From Planctomycetia bacterium (GTDB lineage: Bacteria > Planctomycetota > Planctomycetia > Pirellulales > UBA1268), in NCBI GenBank assembly GCA_046343855.1, contig JBKDMX010000046.1, positions 4,483-68,482 of the forward strand: a stretch of DNA of 64,000 nt, read 5' to 3'. The notes under the pieces were generated by a model that was not told the origin of the DNA, searched no databases, and saw nothing but the letters and a program-made list of their open reading frames with translations. Made by a program: the position numbers and the translations under genes. Below are positions 9,277 through 17,556 of this stretch, in pieces; position 1 is the first letter of the stretch, and each line of letters begins with the position of its first letter.

Positions 9277-11105
9277 GCACGGAAAAAACGCTGCACACTG
9301 AGTGCGGGGTGAGCGGGGCTGCCCCTGCCGGTGAGACGGCGTTGGCGGCAAGCGAAGGCAGGATGCCGCAAGCGAAGGCGCTCTGGCTGGCGCAGTCAGC
9401 ATCGAGTGAGCGGAGGCCAGGATTGCCGAAGCGAACGTCCGGCGAGACGGCAGGGGCAGCCCCGCGCGCGGCTCCAGCCAAGGTAGTTCTTGCCTTGCTG
9501 CTGACTGTGCTGCCGGTCACGGCAAGCGCGAATGACTGGAACCAGTGGGGCGGCTCGCCGATACGCAACAACGTGTCGCCGGCGAAGAACATTCCCGCCG
9601 AGTGGGCCCCCGGCGACTTCGATGCGACCACCGGCGTCTGGAAGCCCGAGACGAGCAAGAACGTCGCCTGGGTGGCTGCGCTCGGGAGCCAGTCGTATGG
9701 CAATCCGGTCGTGGCCGGCGGCAAGGCGTATGTCGGTTCCAATAACGGCAAGGGCTGGCTGAAGCGGTATCCCCCCGAGGTCGATCTCGGCTGCCTCCTG
9801 GCCTTCGACGCCACGGACGGCTCGTTCCTCTGGCAGGATTCGAGCGAGAAGCTGCCCACGGGCCGCGTGCACGACTGGCCGCTCCAGGGCATCTGCTGCG
9901 CGCCGCTCGTGGAGGGGGACCGGCTGTGGTACGTGACCAGCCGCGGCGAAGTGAAGTGCCTGGATACCGAGGGCTTTCGCGACGGCGAGAACGACGGGCC
10001 GTTCACGACGGAGAAGGTGCAGGAGAAGGACGAGGCCGACGTGGTGTGGGTGCTCGACATGATGAAGCAGCTCGGCGTCTCGCAGCACAACATGTGCTCC
10101 TGCAGCGTGACGACCGCCGGCGACTTCCTCTTCGTGAACACGAGCAACGGCGTCGACGAGGGGCACATCAATCTTCCCAATGCCGAGGCGCCGAGCTTCC
10201 TCTGCATCGACAAGCGCGACGGCACGGTGCTCTGGGCCGACAACACGCCGGGCGCCAACGTGCTCCACGGCCAGTGGTCGAGCCCGGCCTATGCCGAGCT
10301 CGGCGGTGTGCCGCAGGTGATCTTCGGCGGCGGCGACGGCTGGGTCTACTCGTTCGACGCCCGCGGCGAGAACGGCCGCGCGAAGAAGCTCTGGGAGTTC
10401 GACTGCAATCCCAAGGAATCGAAGTACACGCTCGGCGGCCGGGCCGACCGCAACCACATCATCGGCACGCCGGTGATCCACGAAGGGCTCGTCTACATCG
10501 CCGTCGGCGAAGACCCGGAGCACGGCGAGGGCGTGGGGCATCTCTGGTGCATCGATCCCACGAAGCGGGGTGATGTCTCGAGCGAGCTGGCCGTCAGCCT
10601 CAAGGACCCAAACGCTCCCCTGCCCCGCCGCCGCGAGCAGGCCGTGATCAAAGAGCAGGGGGAAGTGGCTCGGCCGAATCCGAATTCCGCCGCCGTCTGG
10701 CACTACCCCGGCTTCGATGCCGACACAAACGGCAAGCTCGACTTCGAGGAGACGATGCACCGCACCTGCGGCACCGTGGCGATTGCCGACGGCCTGCTTT
10801 TCGTCGCCGACTTCAGCGGCCTCTTCCACTGCCTCGACCTGAAGACGGGCAAGCCGCACTGGACCCACGACATGCTCGCCGCCAGCTGGGGCTCGCCGCT
10901 CATCGTGGATGGGAAGGTCTTTATCGGCGATGAAGATGGCGACATCACGGTCTTCACACTCTCCAAGGAGCAGGAGATCCTCGCCGAGATCAACATGGGC
11001 AACAGCGTCTATTCGACCCCGATCGTCGCCGGCGATACGCTCTACATCGCCAACAAGAGCCACCTTTTCGCAATCCGCGCCGGCGCCGTTCCTGCCGGCA
11101 AGTAA
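9273..11105 (+). CDS. secreted PQQ-like beta-propeller repeat protein (start uncertain; repeat element A inside 5' end)
   Basis: ATG at 9273 overlaps the upstream stop (ATGA). The hydrophobic signal core (KVVLALLLTVLPVTASA, then NDWNQWGG) lies about 70 aa downstream because the family A repeat (9313-9465) is open in frame. Alternative ATG at 9372. Confidence 0.7.
   Translation: MSTEKTLHTECGVSGAAPAGETALAASEGRMPQAKALWLAQSASSERRPGLPKRTSGETAGAAPRAAPAKVVLALLLTVLPVTASANDWNQWGGSPIRNNVSPAKNIPAEWAPGDFDATTGVWKPETSKNVAWVAALGSQSYGNPVVAGGKAYVGSNNGKGWLKRYPPEVDLGCLLAFDATDGSFLWQDSSEKLPTGRVHDWPLQGICCAPLVEGDRLWYVTSRGEVKCLDTEGFRDGENDGPFTTEKVQEKDEADVVWVLDMMKQLGVSQHNMCSCSVTTAGDFLFVNTSNGVDEGHINLPNAEAPSFLCIDKRDGTVLWADNTPGANVLHGQWSSPAYAELGGVPQVIFGGGDGWVYSFDARGENGRAKKLWEFDCNPKESKYTLGGRADRNHIIGTPVIHEGLVYIAVGEDPEHGEGVGHLWCIDPTKRGDVSSELAVSLKDPNAPLPRRREQAVIKEQGEVARPNPNSAAVWHYPGFDADTNGKLDFEETMHRTCGTVAIADGLLFVADFSGLFHCLDLKTGKPHWTHDMLAASWGSPLIVDGKVFIGDEDGDITVFTLSKEQEILAEINMGNSVYSTPIVAGDTLYIANKSHLFAIRAGAVPAGK
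9313..9465 (+). repeat. family A inverted-terminal-repeat element, copy 1
   Basis: Termini GCGGGGCTGCCCCTGCCG / CGGCAGGGGCAGCCCCGC. Internal GGCAGGATGCCG..AAGCGA sub-repeat. Homologous to 33467-33608 and 41860-41998. Confidence 0.85.
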
Positions 11106-11115
11106 TCACAAGGAC

Positions 11116-12774
11116 ATGACCATGCTCCGCACGCTCGCGCTCCTTGGCCTGCTCGTCCTGCCCCTCGCGGCCCAGGCCGACACCCCGGCCGCCAACCCGG
11201 TCGACATGATCCGTCACGCCAAGCGGATCGTCTGCCTCGGCGATTCGATCACGCACGCCGGCGGCTGGGTGGCGCCGTTTGCGGCCTGGCTCGAGCGCGA
11301 GGGCATCGGGACCGAGTTGATCAACATGGGCCTGCCCAGCGAGACCGTCTCGGGCCTCTCCGAAGCCGGGCACGCCGACGGAAAATTCCCGCGGCCCGAT
11401 CTGGCCGAGCGGCTCGACCGCGTGCTGCGGGTGAGCCGCCCCGACCTCGTGATCGCCTGCTACGGGATGAATTGCGGCATCTATCAGCCGCTCGATGAGG
11501 CCCGGTTCACGAAGTTCAAGGAGGGAATCCAGCGGCTGCACGATGCGGTCGAGAAGACGGGCGCGAAGATCATCCACCTCACGCCGCCCCTCTACGACAA
11601 GCGGCCCGACAAGCCCGGCCCGGCCGGCGCGGCCGACTACGACGCCGTCCTCGACACCTATTCGAAGTGGCTGCTCTCGAAGCGGGCCGATGGCTGGGTC
11701 GTGCTCGACATCCACGGGCCGATGAAGGATTTGCTCGCCGCTGCGCGGGCCAAGGATCCGCAGGCGGTTTTTGCGCCCGACGCCGTGCATTCCAACGACG
11801 CCGGCGCGTGGGCCTTCGCCCGTTCGCTGTTCAAGGGGCTTGGCGACCACAAAGCGGCTGCCGCCGAGACGCCCGAGGCGTTTGCCGCATTCGTTCCGGA
11901 TGTGAAGCGGCGGATGGAAGTCCTGCGTGATGCGTACCTGGCGGCGGCCGGGCACCAGCGGCCCGGCATGGCCCCGGGGCTGCCGCTCGGCGAGGCCGAG
12001 GCGCAGGCTCGCGGGCTCACCGAATCGATCCGCTCGCGCCGGCTGCATCTCATGGGCGGCCAGAAGGGCTCGATCGAGTGGAAGAACCCGATCGAGTGGC
12101 CGAAGCCCCGCGTGGTCGATCCGGGGCCGGAGCCGTCGGGGCCCGCCCCCGTTCCCTCCGATGCGATCGTGCTCTTCGACGGCAAGAACCTCGACCAATG
12201 GACCAATGGCGGAAACTGGAAGGTGGCCGGCGGCATCGCCACGGTCGGCAAGGGAAAGATCGAGACGAAGCAGGGCTTCGGCGACTGCCAGCTGCACGTC
12301 GAGTTTCGCACCGCCGCCGACACGAGCGGCGAGGGGCAGCAGCGAAGCAACTCGGGCGTCTTCCTCATGGGGAAATACGAGATTCAGATCCTCGACTCGT
12401 TCCAGGACGGCACCGACAGCCCCATCACCTATTTCGACGGCCAGTGCGGTGCCCTCTACAAGCAGCAGCCGCCGGCCGTGAACGCCTGCCGCAGGCCCGG
12501 GGAGTGGCAGACCTACGACATCCTCTTCACCCGGCCACGCTTCCACGCCGACGGCACGCTCGCGAAGCCCGCCCGGATCAGCGTGCTCCACAACGGCGTG
12601 GCCATCCACTCCGACACGGTGATCAAGGGCGATACGTTCTTCCACGCCCCTCCGAGCTACACGAAGCACGACGACGCCCTGCCGATCGGGCTGCAGGAGC
12701 ACGGCAACCCGGTCCAGTTCCGCAACATCTGGGTCCGCCCCTTCGAGCCCCTCGCCCCAAAGCTCATCCCGTAG
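11116..12774 (+). CDS. secreted SGNH/GDSL hydrolase fused to DUF1080 (3-keto-disaccharide hydrolase-like) domain
   Basis: ATG at 11116, signal peptide, VCLGDSITHAGG block I. C-terminal FDGKNLDQW...NSGVFL...LQEHGNPVQFRNIWVRP is typical of DUF1080. The TAG stop lies in a family D hairpin. Confidence 0.8.
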   Translation: MTMLRTLALLGLLVLPLAAQADTPAANPVDMIRHAKRIVCLGDSITHAGGWVAPFAAWLEREGIGTELINMGLPSETVSGLSEAGHADGKFPRPDLAERLDRVLRVSRPDLVIACYGMNCGIYQPLDEARFTKFKEGIQRLHDAVEKTGAKIIHLTPPLYDKRPDKPGPAGAADYDAVLDTYSKWLLSKRADGWVVLDIHGPMKDLLAAARAKDPQAVFAPDAVHSNDAGAWAFARSLFKGLGDHKAAAAETPEAFAAFVPDVKRRMEVLRDAYLAAAGHQRPGMAPGLPLGEAEAQARGLTESIRSRRLHLMGGQKGSIEWKNPIEWPKPRVVDPGPEPSGPAPVPSDAIVLFDGKNLDQWTNGGNWKVAGGIATVGKGKIETKQGFGDCQLHVEFRTAADTSGEGQQRSNSGVFLMGKYEIQILDSFQDGTDSPITYFDGQCGALYKQQPPAVNACRRPGEWQTYDILFTRPRFHADGTLAKPARISVLHNGVAIHSDTVIKGDTFFHAPPSYTKHDDALPIGLQEHGNPVQFRNIWVRPFEPLAPKLIP

Positions 12775-12794
12775 GACAGGCCTCCGTGCCTGTC
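12771..12794. repeat. family D hairpin (loop CTCCGT)
   Basis: GTAGGACAGGCCTCCGTGCCTGTC. Its TAG is the stop of CDS 11116-12774. Confidence 0.85.
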
Positions 12795-12798
12795 ATTG

Positions 12799-12820
12799 GT
12801 AGGACGGGCTTCAGCCTGTC
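12799..12820. repeat. family D hairpin (loop TTCA, one stem mismatch)
   Basis: GTAGGACGGGCTTCAGCCTGTC. Confidence 0.8.
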
Positions 12821-12827
12821 GAAAGGA

Positions 12828-12850
12828 GACCGCTTGCTCCGCAAGCGGAT
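12828..12850. repeat. family C hairpin (solo)
   Basis: GACCGCTTGCTCCGCAAGCGGAT. Stem CCGCTTG/CAAGCGG. Confidence 0.8.
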
Positions 12851-12875
12851 AGACAGGCACGGAGGCCTGTCCTAC
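12851..12875. repeat. family D hairpin (loop ACGGAG)
   Basis: AGACAGGCACGGAGGCCTGTCCTAC. Its CTA (TAG on the minus strand) is the stop of CDS 12872-13114. Confidence 0.85.
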
Positions 12876-13114
12876 CCGAGCGTCGCCTTGATCGCCTCGA
12901 GTTCGGCGGCGGGCTCGCGATCGACGCAGTCGAGCCGGCCCGCCCGTGCATACCAATAACGGGCGTTGCCGGGATCTCCCTCGACCTTGTGAAGCACCGC
13001 GTGAATCCAGGCGGCCATGCGATCAGCCTCATCCTGCTGCACGATCCCGTGTGCAGCCTCCCAGTCGCCCGCGAGGGCCAGATCGATCGCCGCGAGCAGA
13101 TCGTCGCGGGTCAT
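12872..13114 (-). CDS. small conserved hypothetical protein (80 aa)
   Basis: ATG at 13114 overlaps the upstream stop (ATGA). [20 protein letters not shown] motif recalled from a widespread small-protein family. The TAG stop lies in a family D hairpin. Confidence 0.6.
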   Translation of the reverse strand: MTRDDLLAAIDLALAGDWEAAHGIVQQDEADRMAAWIHAVLHKVEGDPGNARYWYARAGRLDCVDREPAAELEAIKATLG

Positions 13115-15105
13115 CGCGTGAACGACACCGACTGGATCGATCCGCCGATTGCTTCACCCCCGATGACTTCACCCTCGATCACCTCGCCCACCTCGCCCTG
13201 CTCGATCGGACCGCTCGAATACACGACCGGGTCTTTCTTCCGCCAGCCGGCGAGCACCCAGCCGTCCTTGCGGGCGACGAGCTGATTCATCGGCAGCGGT
13301 CCGGCGGCGGCCAGTTCGCCTTGGAGCGGCAGCGGCTCGACGTCGATCACCGCCTTGAAGAGCTTGTCGAATCGCTTCTGCAGGATTCGCCGCAGCGAGG
13401 TTTCGGCCATCGTGAGCTTCTCGCTGCCGCCCGGCTTGAATCCGGGCGGATAGATCTGCACGTCTCCGTCGCGGACGAGCCGGGTGCCGGCCGGCGACGA
13501 CTCGATCGCGTAGGTGGCCCAGATGTCCATGCCGGGGAAATCGCGGTCGCCCGACACGAACTTGTCGCCGCGCACCATCAGCTTCACGCGGTCGTCGGCG
13601 GCGGAAATCGTCACCGGCCGCTGCTTGGCAAACGTGATCGCCCAGGGCTTCTGGTCGGCCTCGCTCTCGAGCGACTCGGGCATCGTGAGATTCTGCTCGC
13701 GGGCCAGGCGATCGACGTCGGCCTGCGTGATGATCCGGCCGCCGAGCTTCTCTTCGAGGATGTTGTTCACCGCCGACTCGTGCACCCGCGCGGTGAGCAC
13801 GTTGCCACCGACGGCCGCGGGAGGCGGGCTGAAGGCCGCCAGTTGCGCAGCCAGCGCCTTGCGGGCCACGATCCGCAGGCTCGTGTCGGTGGTGTGCATG
13901 TGCACCATCTCGGGATAGAGGCCGCGTGCCTGGAGCGGCGCCCGGAAACGATTGCGGAACTGCTCGCCGATCTGCGCGACGGCGGGCCGCGTCTGCTCGT
14001 CGAATTGCTGCCGCACGCGGTCCCGGGCCTTGCGCTCGGCGATCGCCTCGGCCTTGGGCTTGGTCTCGGCGACCTTGCGGCTGGCGATCTTGCGGATGAA
14101 CCGCTTGCCGAACCGCGAGTTGACGCCGATTCCGGTCACCTGCGTGTTGGCCGAGGCCGAGGCCTGCACCGACGACGCGGAGACATTGTCACCGTCGAGG
14201 AAGATCCGCCGCCGCGCGTCGAGGTCGGTGACGCCGCGGGTGTGCACCGTGACGGGCCCCTGCGTGCCGCGGGTCTGGGAGATGTTTTGGGCGTCGAGCA
14301 CGAGATCGAAGACGGCACGGTCGTGCGCGGGAACGAAGTCGAGCCGTACGTTGCCGGTGGTGTGGCCCGAGCCGCGGATGCGGGTGCCGAGCACGACGTC
14401 GTCCACGGGCATCACCTGGTCGATCGGGCGGTTGACCGCGCCGGCCAGCAGGTTTTCGTGCACTTCGACCTCGATGTTCGGCCGCGCCATCGCGCCGCGG
14501 ATCGACGAGACGAGCGAACCGGCCTGGCCCGACTCCGTGAGCCGTTCGAGGATCGGCGGCACCGGTGCGAGCATCTCGGCGCTGCCGGTCGAGGCCGTGG
14601 AAAACAGTGCCGAGGCGAGGGTGTCGAGCCGCTTGCCAAACCGCGCGGCGGCGTCGGCACCACGGGCGGCATCGGCCGCCTCGGCATACCGGGTGACGGC
14701 CTTCCGCACGCGGACGAAGTCGGGCATGTCGAGGCCGGTCTCGGTGGCGTTCATCGCCTTTTCGATCCGCCGCAGGGCGGCCGGGTCGGCGGCGGCCCCC
14801 GACGAAGCCTGCGCGGAAAGCGTCGGCCAATCGAGGTATTTCCGCCAATCGTTGCCGCTGGGGCTGCGATTCAGCAGGGAGTCGAGCGGGACGAGGGCAT
14901 TTCGCAGGTTGCTCGCGGCGGCATCGAGGGCGGCGTCGCTGGCCGGCCGGAACGACTCGGTGGCCCGCAGGGCGTCGGTGCCGAGCGACTCGAATGTGTC
15001 GGCCGGGACCTGGGCGATGGCGGGGCTGGAAACAGCGAGGGCCACCAGGCCGCAGGCGACGAGCGGGAGCGTGAGGACTGACCGACTGGAAAACCTGACA
15101 TCCAT
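13111..15105 (-). CDS. large secreted hypothetical protein (664 aa)
   Basis: ATG at 15105 ([32 protein letters not shown] signal peptide) inside ORF 13111..15333. No domain recognised. Confidence 0.7.
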   Translation of the reverse strand: MDVRFSSRSVLTLPLVACGLVALAVSSPAIAQVPADTFESLGTDALRATESFRPASDAALDAAASNLRNALVPLDSLLNRSPSGNDWRKYLDWPTLSAQASSGAAADPAALRRIEKAMNATETGLDMPDFVRVRKAVTRYAEAADAARGADAAARFGKRLDTLASALFSTASTGSAEMLAPVPPILERLTESGQAGSLVSSIRGAMARPNIEVEVHENLLAGAVNRPIDQVMPVDDVVLGTRIRGSGHTTGNVRLDFVPAHDRAVFDLVLDAQNISQTRGTQGPVTVHTRGVTDLDARRRIFLDGDNVSASSVQASASANTQVTGIGVNSRFGKRFIRKIASRKVAETKPKAEAIAERKARDRVRQQFDEQTRPAVAQIGEQFRNRFRAPLQARGLYPEMVHMHTTDTSLRIVARKALAAQLAAFSPPPAAVGGNVLTARVHESAVNNILEEKLGGRIITQADVDRLAREQNLTMPESLESEADQKPWAITFAKQRPVTISAADDRVKLMVRGDKFVSGDRDFPGMDIWATYAIESSPAGTRLVRDGDVQIYPPGFKPGGSEKLTMAETSLRRILQKRFDKLFKAVIDVEPLPLQGELAAAGPLPMNQLVARKDGWVLAGWRKKDPVVYSSGPIEQGEVGEVIEGEVIGGEAIGGSIQSVSFTR

Positions 15106-15375
15106 GATCGTGGAGCGCCTGGGGCCTCGGAAGCGTTTCAAAACGAGCCGGGAGTCTAGCCGCTCGGAGGCGTGAGCCCCACAGCAGCCTTCCGCGGTCT
15201 CCAATCCCCCCTTTTGCCGAGCACCGACGGAATTTCGTGCCCAAGCGGCGCAAGCATCGGCCTCATCCCGACTTCCGACGAATGGCCCGCGTCCTAAGTC
15301 GAGAAAAGTCGGCCCGAATGAAGCCCCGCGCACGCCCCGGACTCCTTGTCGCCGGCGGCGCCTGTCCCATTCAAT

Positions 15376-15417
15376 CGTGGTTCACCGGAACACCCGCGTG
15401 GTTCGCCGGAACACCCG
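15376..15417 (+). promoter_or_regulatory. tandem 21-bp direct repeat upstream of CDS 15447
   Basis: CGTGGTTCACCGGAACACCCG / CGTGGTTCGCCGGAACACCCG, 20/21 identical. Ends 30 nt before the ATG. Confidence 0.5.
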
Positions 15418-15446
15418 GCGCGTTCACACCCAGGAGAACCCGCATC

Positions 15447-16373
15447 ATGCGTCAGAGCAACATTCGGTCGGTCTTGAGCGTGTCGCTCGCAGCGGGCGCG
15501 ATCGCCGCCATGCTCGTCAATGCGTTCTTCGCTCCTCCTGCCGAAGGCGCGACCCCTGCCCCGCCGTCGGTCGTCGAGGGAGAAGCGATCGCGGGCGGCG
15601 CGGTGCAGAGAATCGACGACTATGCCGCCGCCACCGAGGCGGCCCGCCAATCGCAGGCGATGCTCCTGGTCTCGGTGGAACCGGCCGGGGGCGATCCCGC
15701 CGACGCCGCCGGGCAGAGGCTCGAGCGGCCCGACGTGCAGGAGCGGTTTGCCGCGAGCGGCACGCCATGGGTCTTCTGCCGGCTGGGGCTGCACGACGCC
15801 GGAGCCGGCCTCGTCGGCGATCCTGCGCTCCGCGAGATGCGTCGCGGCCCGGGCGTCTTCGTGGTGGACCACACCCCGGGAGCCTACACCGGCCGGATCG
15901 TCTCGATCCTGCCGCGGACCGCGGGCAAGTATTACTCCTTCAGCCCGTCGCACCTCGACGAACTTGCCTCGCTGCCGCAGGGCTCGCTCACGCAGCGGTC
16001 CCTCATCCTCGCGGTGCGGATTCACCCGGAGCATCCGCAGAGCACGCAGGGCTCGTTCGACCCGACGCTCACGGAGGCGGCCACATCTCACTCCGACCAC
16101 CAGGCCCGGATCGGCCGACAGGGGCACCACGACTGGCAATCGCGTTCGCAAGCGCTCGCCGGCCGCGTCGGTGGCGGCGGCTATCCGCAGGAGGTCTGCG
16201 CGGAGAGCTGGGAGAATCAGGACCTGCTCGACTCGTGCGTCGATTGCGTCGCCAGCTGGCGGCAATCGTCGGGCCACTGGAGCGCCGTTCGCAGCCCGCA
16301 GTCGTCCTACGGCTACGACATCCGCCGCGGCCCCAACGGCATCTGGTACGCCACGGGGATCTTCGTCAGGTAG
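15447..16373 (+). CDS. secreted protein with C-terminal CAP/SCP (PR-1-like) domain, tentative
   Basis: CAGGAG RBS, ATG at 15447, signal peptide. The C-terminus (HSDHQA..GHH...AESW...WRQSSGHWSAV...WYATGIF) resembles bacterial CAP domains. The TAG stop lies in a family C repeat arm. Confidence 0.55.
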   Translation: MRQSNIRSVLSVSLAAGAIAAMLVNAFFAPPAEGATPAPPSVVEGEAIAGGAVQRIDDYAAATEAARQSQAMLLVSVEPAGGDPADAAGQRLERPDVQERFAASGTPWVFCRLGLHDAGAGLVGDPALREMRRGPGVFVVDHTPGAYTGRIVSILPRTAGKYYSFSPSHLDELASLPQGSLTQRSLILAVRIHPEHPQSTQGSFDPTLTEAATSHSDHQARIGRQGHHDWQSRSQALAGRVGGGGYPQEVCAESWENQDLLDSCVDCVASWRQSSGHWSAVRSPQSSYGYDIRRGPNGIWYATGIFVR

Positions 16374-16397
16374 ACCGCGTCGTCCCAAAGCGAATCC
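16370..16397 (+). repeat. family C arm, degenerate (left end of composite element)
   Basis: GTAGACCGCGTCGTCCCAAAGCGAATCC compared with the canonical GTAGACCGCTTGCTCCGCAAGCGGATTCC. Contains the stop codon of CDS 15447-16373. Confidence 0.6.
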
Positions 16398-16415
16398 GCT
16401 GGACGAAGGCGAGCC

Positions 16416-16491
16416 GGAATCGGCGGAAGCGTGACGAGCATTTGGACCGAGTCCGCGAGGGCCACCGCGAGGCACCTTCTGCCGTTCCGGC
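16416..16491 (+). repeat. family B core (inside composite C-B-C element 16370-16540)
   Basis: GGAATCGGCGGAAGCGTGACGAGCATTTGGACCGAGTCCGCGAGGGCCACCGCGAGGCACCTTCTGCCGTTCCGGC. Confidence 0.85.
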
Positions 16492-16513
16492 GAGCCGGTG
16501 CGACACCAATCAA

Positions 16514-16540
16514 GATCCGCTTGCGGAACAAGCGGTCTAC
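16514..16540 (-). repeat. family C arm (right end of composite element)
   Basis: GATCCGCTTGCGGAACAAGCGGTCTAC. Confidence 0.8.
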
Positions 16541-16551
16541 TTTGTGGTGAT

Positions 16552-16854
16552 CTACACGGGCCCCGCGGCCGGCAGGATGAAGATCTTGCCGTCGCCCATG
16601 CGGCCGGTGCGGGCCGCCTCCACGATGCGATCGACCACCTCGTCGACGCGGGCGTCGTCCACCCAGAGCTGGATCTCCACCTTCGGCAGAAAGGCGAGCG
16701 AATACTCGCTGTCGCCGTATTGATCGAGGTAGCTCTTCTGCCGCCCGTAGCCCTTCACCTCGCGAACGGAGCAGGCCTCGAGCGGCGCGAACTTCAGCGC
16801 CTCGAGCACCCGCTCGGCCACGAAGGGCTTCACGATGGCAATGACTTCCTTCAA
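16552..16854 (-). CDS. P-II (GlnB-like) signal-transduction family protein, short form (100 aa)
   Basis: TTG start at 16854 overlapping the ferredoxin stop (TTGA). KEVIAIVKPF, T-loop GYGRQKSYLDQYGDSEY, FLPKVEIQLWV, TGRMGDGKIFI align with GlnB. The C-terminus is shorter than canonical. Confidence 0.75.
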   Translation of the reverse strand: MKEVIAIVKPFVAERVLEALKFAPLEACSVREVKGYGRQKSYLDQYGDSEYSLAFLPKVEIQLWVDDARVDEVVDRIVEAARTGRMGDGKIFILPAAGPV

Positions 16855-17198
16855 CTGAAGAAATTTTCGCCGTAGAGATTCATCCCCGGGCAGGTCGTCA
16901 CGGTGATGTCGCCATTGACCTTCGTCTGGCAGGCGAGACGCATCGTGTTTTCGTTGCCGATGTAGGCGAGCGACACGCCCAGCCGGGCCGATTCGAGGAT
17001 GCCTTTCGAGCTCGTGTTCTCCATGCCCTTGGTGATCAGCACGCGGCAGGAACCGCAGGTGCCGAAGCCGTGGCAATTGGCCACCTTGTGGATGCCCGGG
17101 TAGAGCGACACGCCGGCCTGCAGGGCCTCTTTCCGGAGGTTGGCCCCGGCCGGAACTTGAATTTCCTTCTTTTCATTCGTGAACGTGATGGTGGGCAT
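16851..17198 (-). CDS. 2Fe-2S ferredoxin-like protein
   Basis: ATG at 17198 inside ORF 16851..17690. Cys pattern CHGFGTCGSC ... LAC. 115 aa. Confidence 0.7.
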   Translation of the reverse strand: MPTITFTNEKKEIQVPAGANLRKEALQAGVSLYPGIHKVANCHGFGTCGSCRVLITKGMENTSSKGILESARLGVSLAYIGNENTMRLACQTKVNGDITVTTCPGMNLYGENFFS

Positions 17199-17282
17199 CT
17201 GTTTCTCTCGATGAATCGGGGGGAGTTGTCCGATACTGTAGCCAGCGCAGGGTCGTCCTTCCAGCAGACCGGGGCCAAAGCC

Positions 17283-17543
17283 ATGGCGGAACTCACGAAA
17301 TACCAGCAGTCGATCGTCAAAAACTACTACGAGAACCTCGACACGGCCCTCCTGCAGCGGCTCGGCGAACAGGTGACCGACCTCTATCTCGCCGAGGGCA
17401 AGAAACGGGCGAAGCTCTGGGAGTCGATCGAGAAATCGCTCGAGAAGCTCGGCGTTCCCAAGACGCGGATCGCGCGGGTCGTGACGTCCGACGATGCCCG
17501 CCAGCTCGCCACGCTCCTGCAGGAACTGCTGGCCAAGGACTGA
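17283..17543 (+). CDS. small hypothetical protein (86 aa)
   Basis: ATG at 17283 inside ORF 17070..17543. Helical, charged sequence with coding-like composition. Confidence 0.5.
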   Translation: MAELTKYQQSIVKNYYENLDTALLQRLGEQVTDLYLAEGKKRAKLWESIEKSLEKLGVPKTRIARVVTSDDARQLATLLQELLAKD

Positions 17544-17556
17544 CCGGACCCTAGCG

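Noticed and set aside
9396-15081. Long ORFs 9396..11063(-), 10990..12702(-) and 12946..15081(+).
   Set aside because: They are antisense to PQQ-propeller, SGNH/DUF1080 and secreted-protein genes that have clear motifs and signal peptides. The translations are Arg/His/Asp-rich with no domain features.
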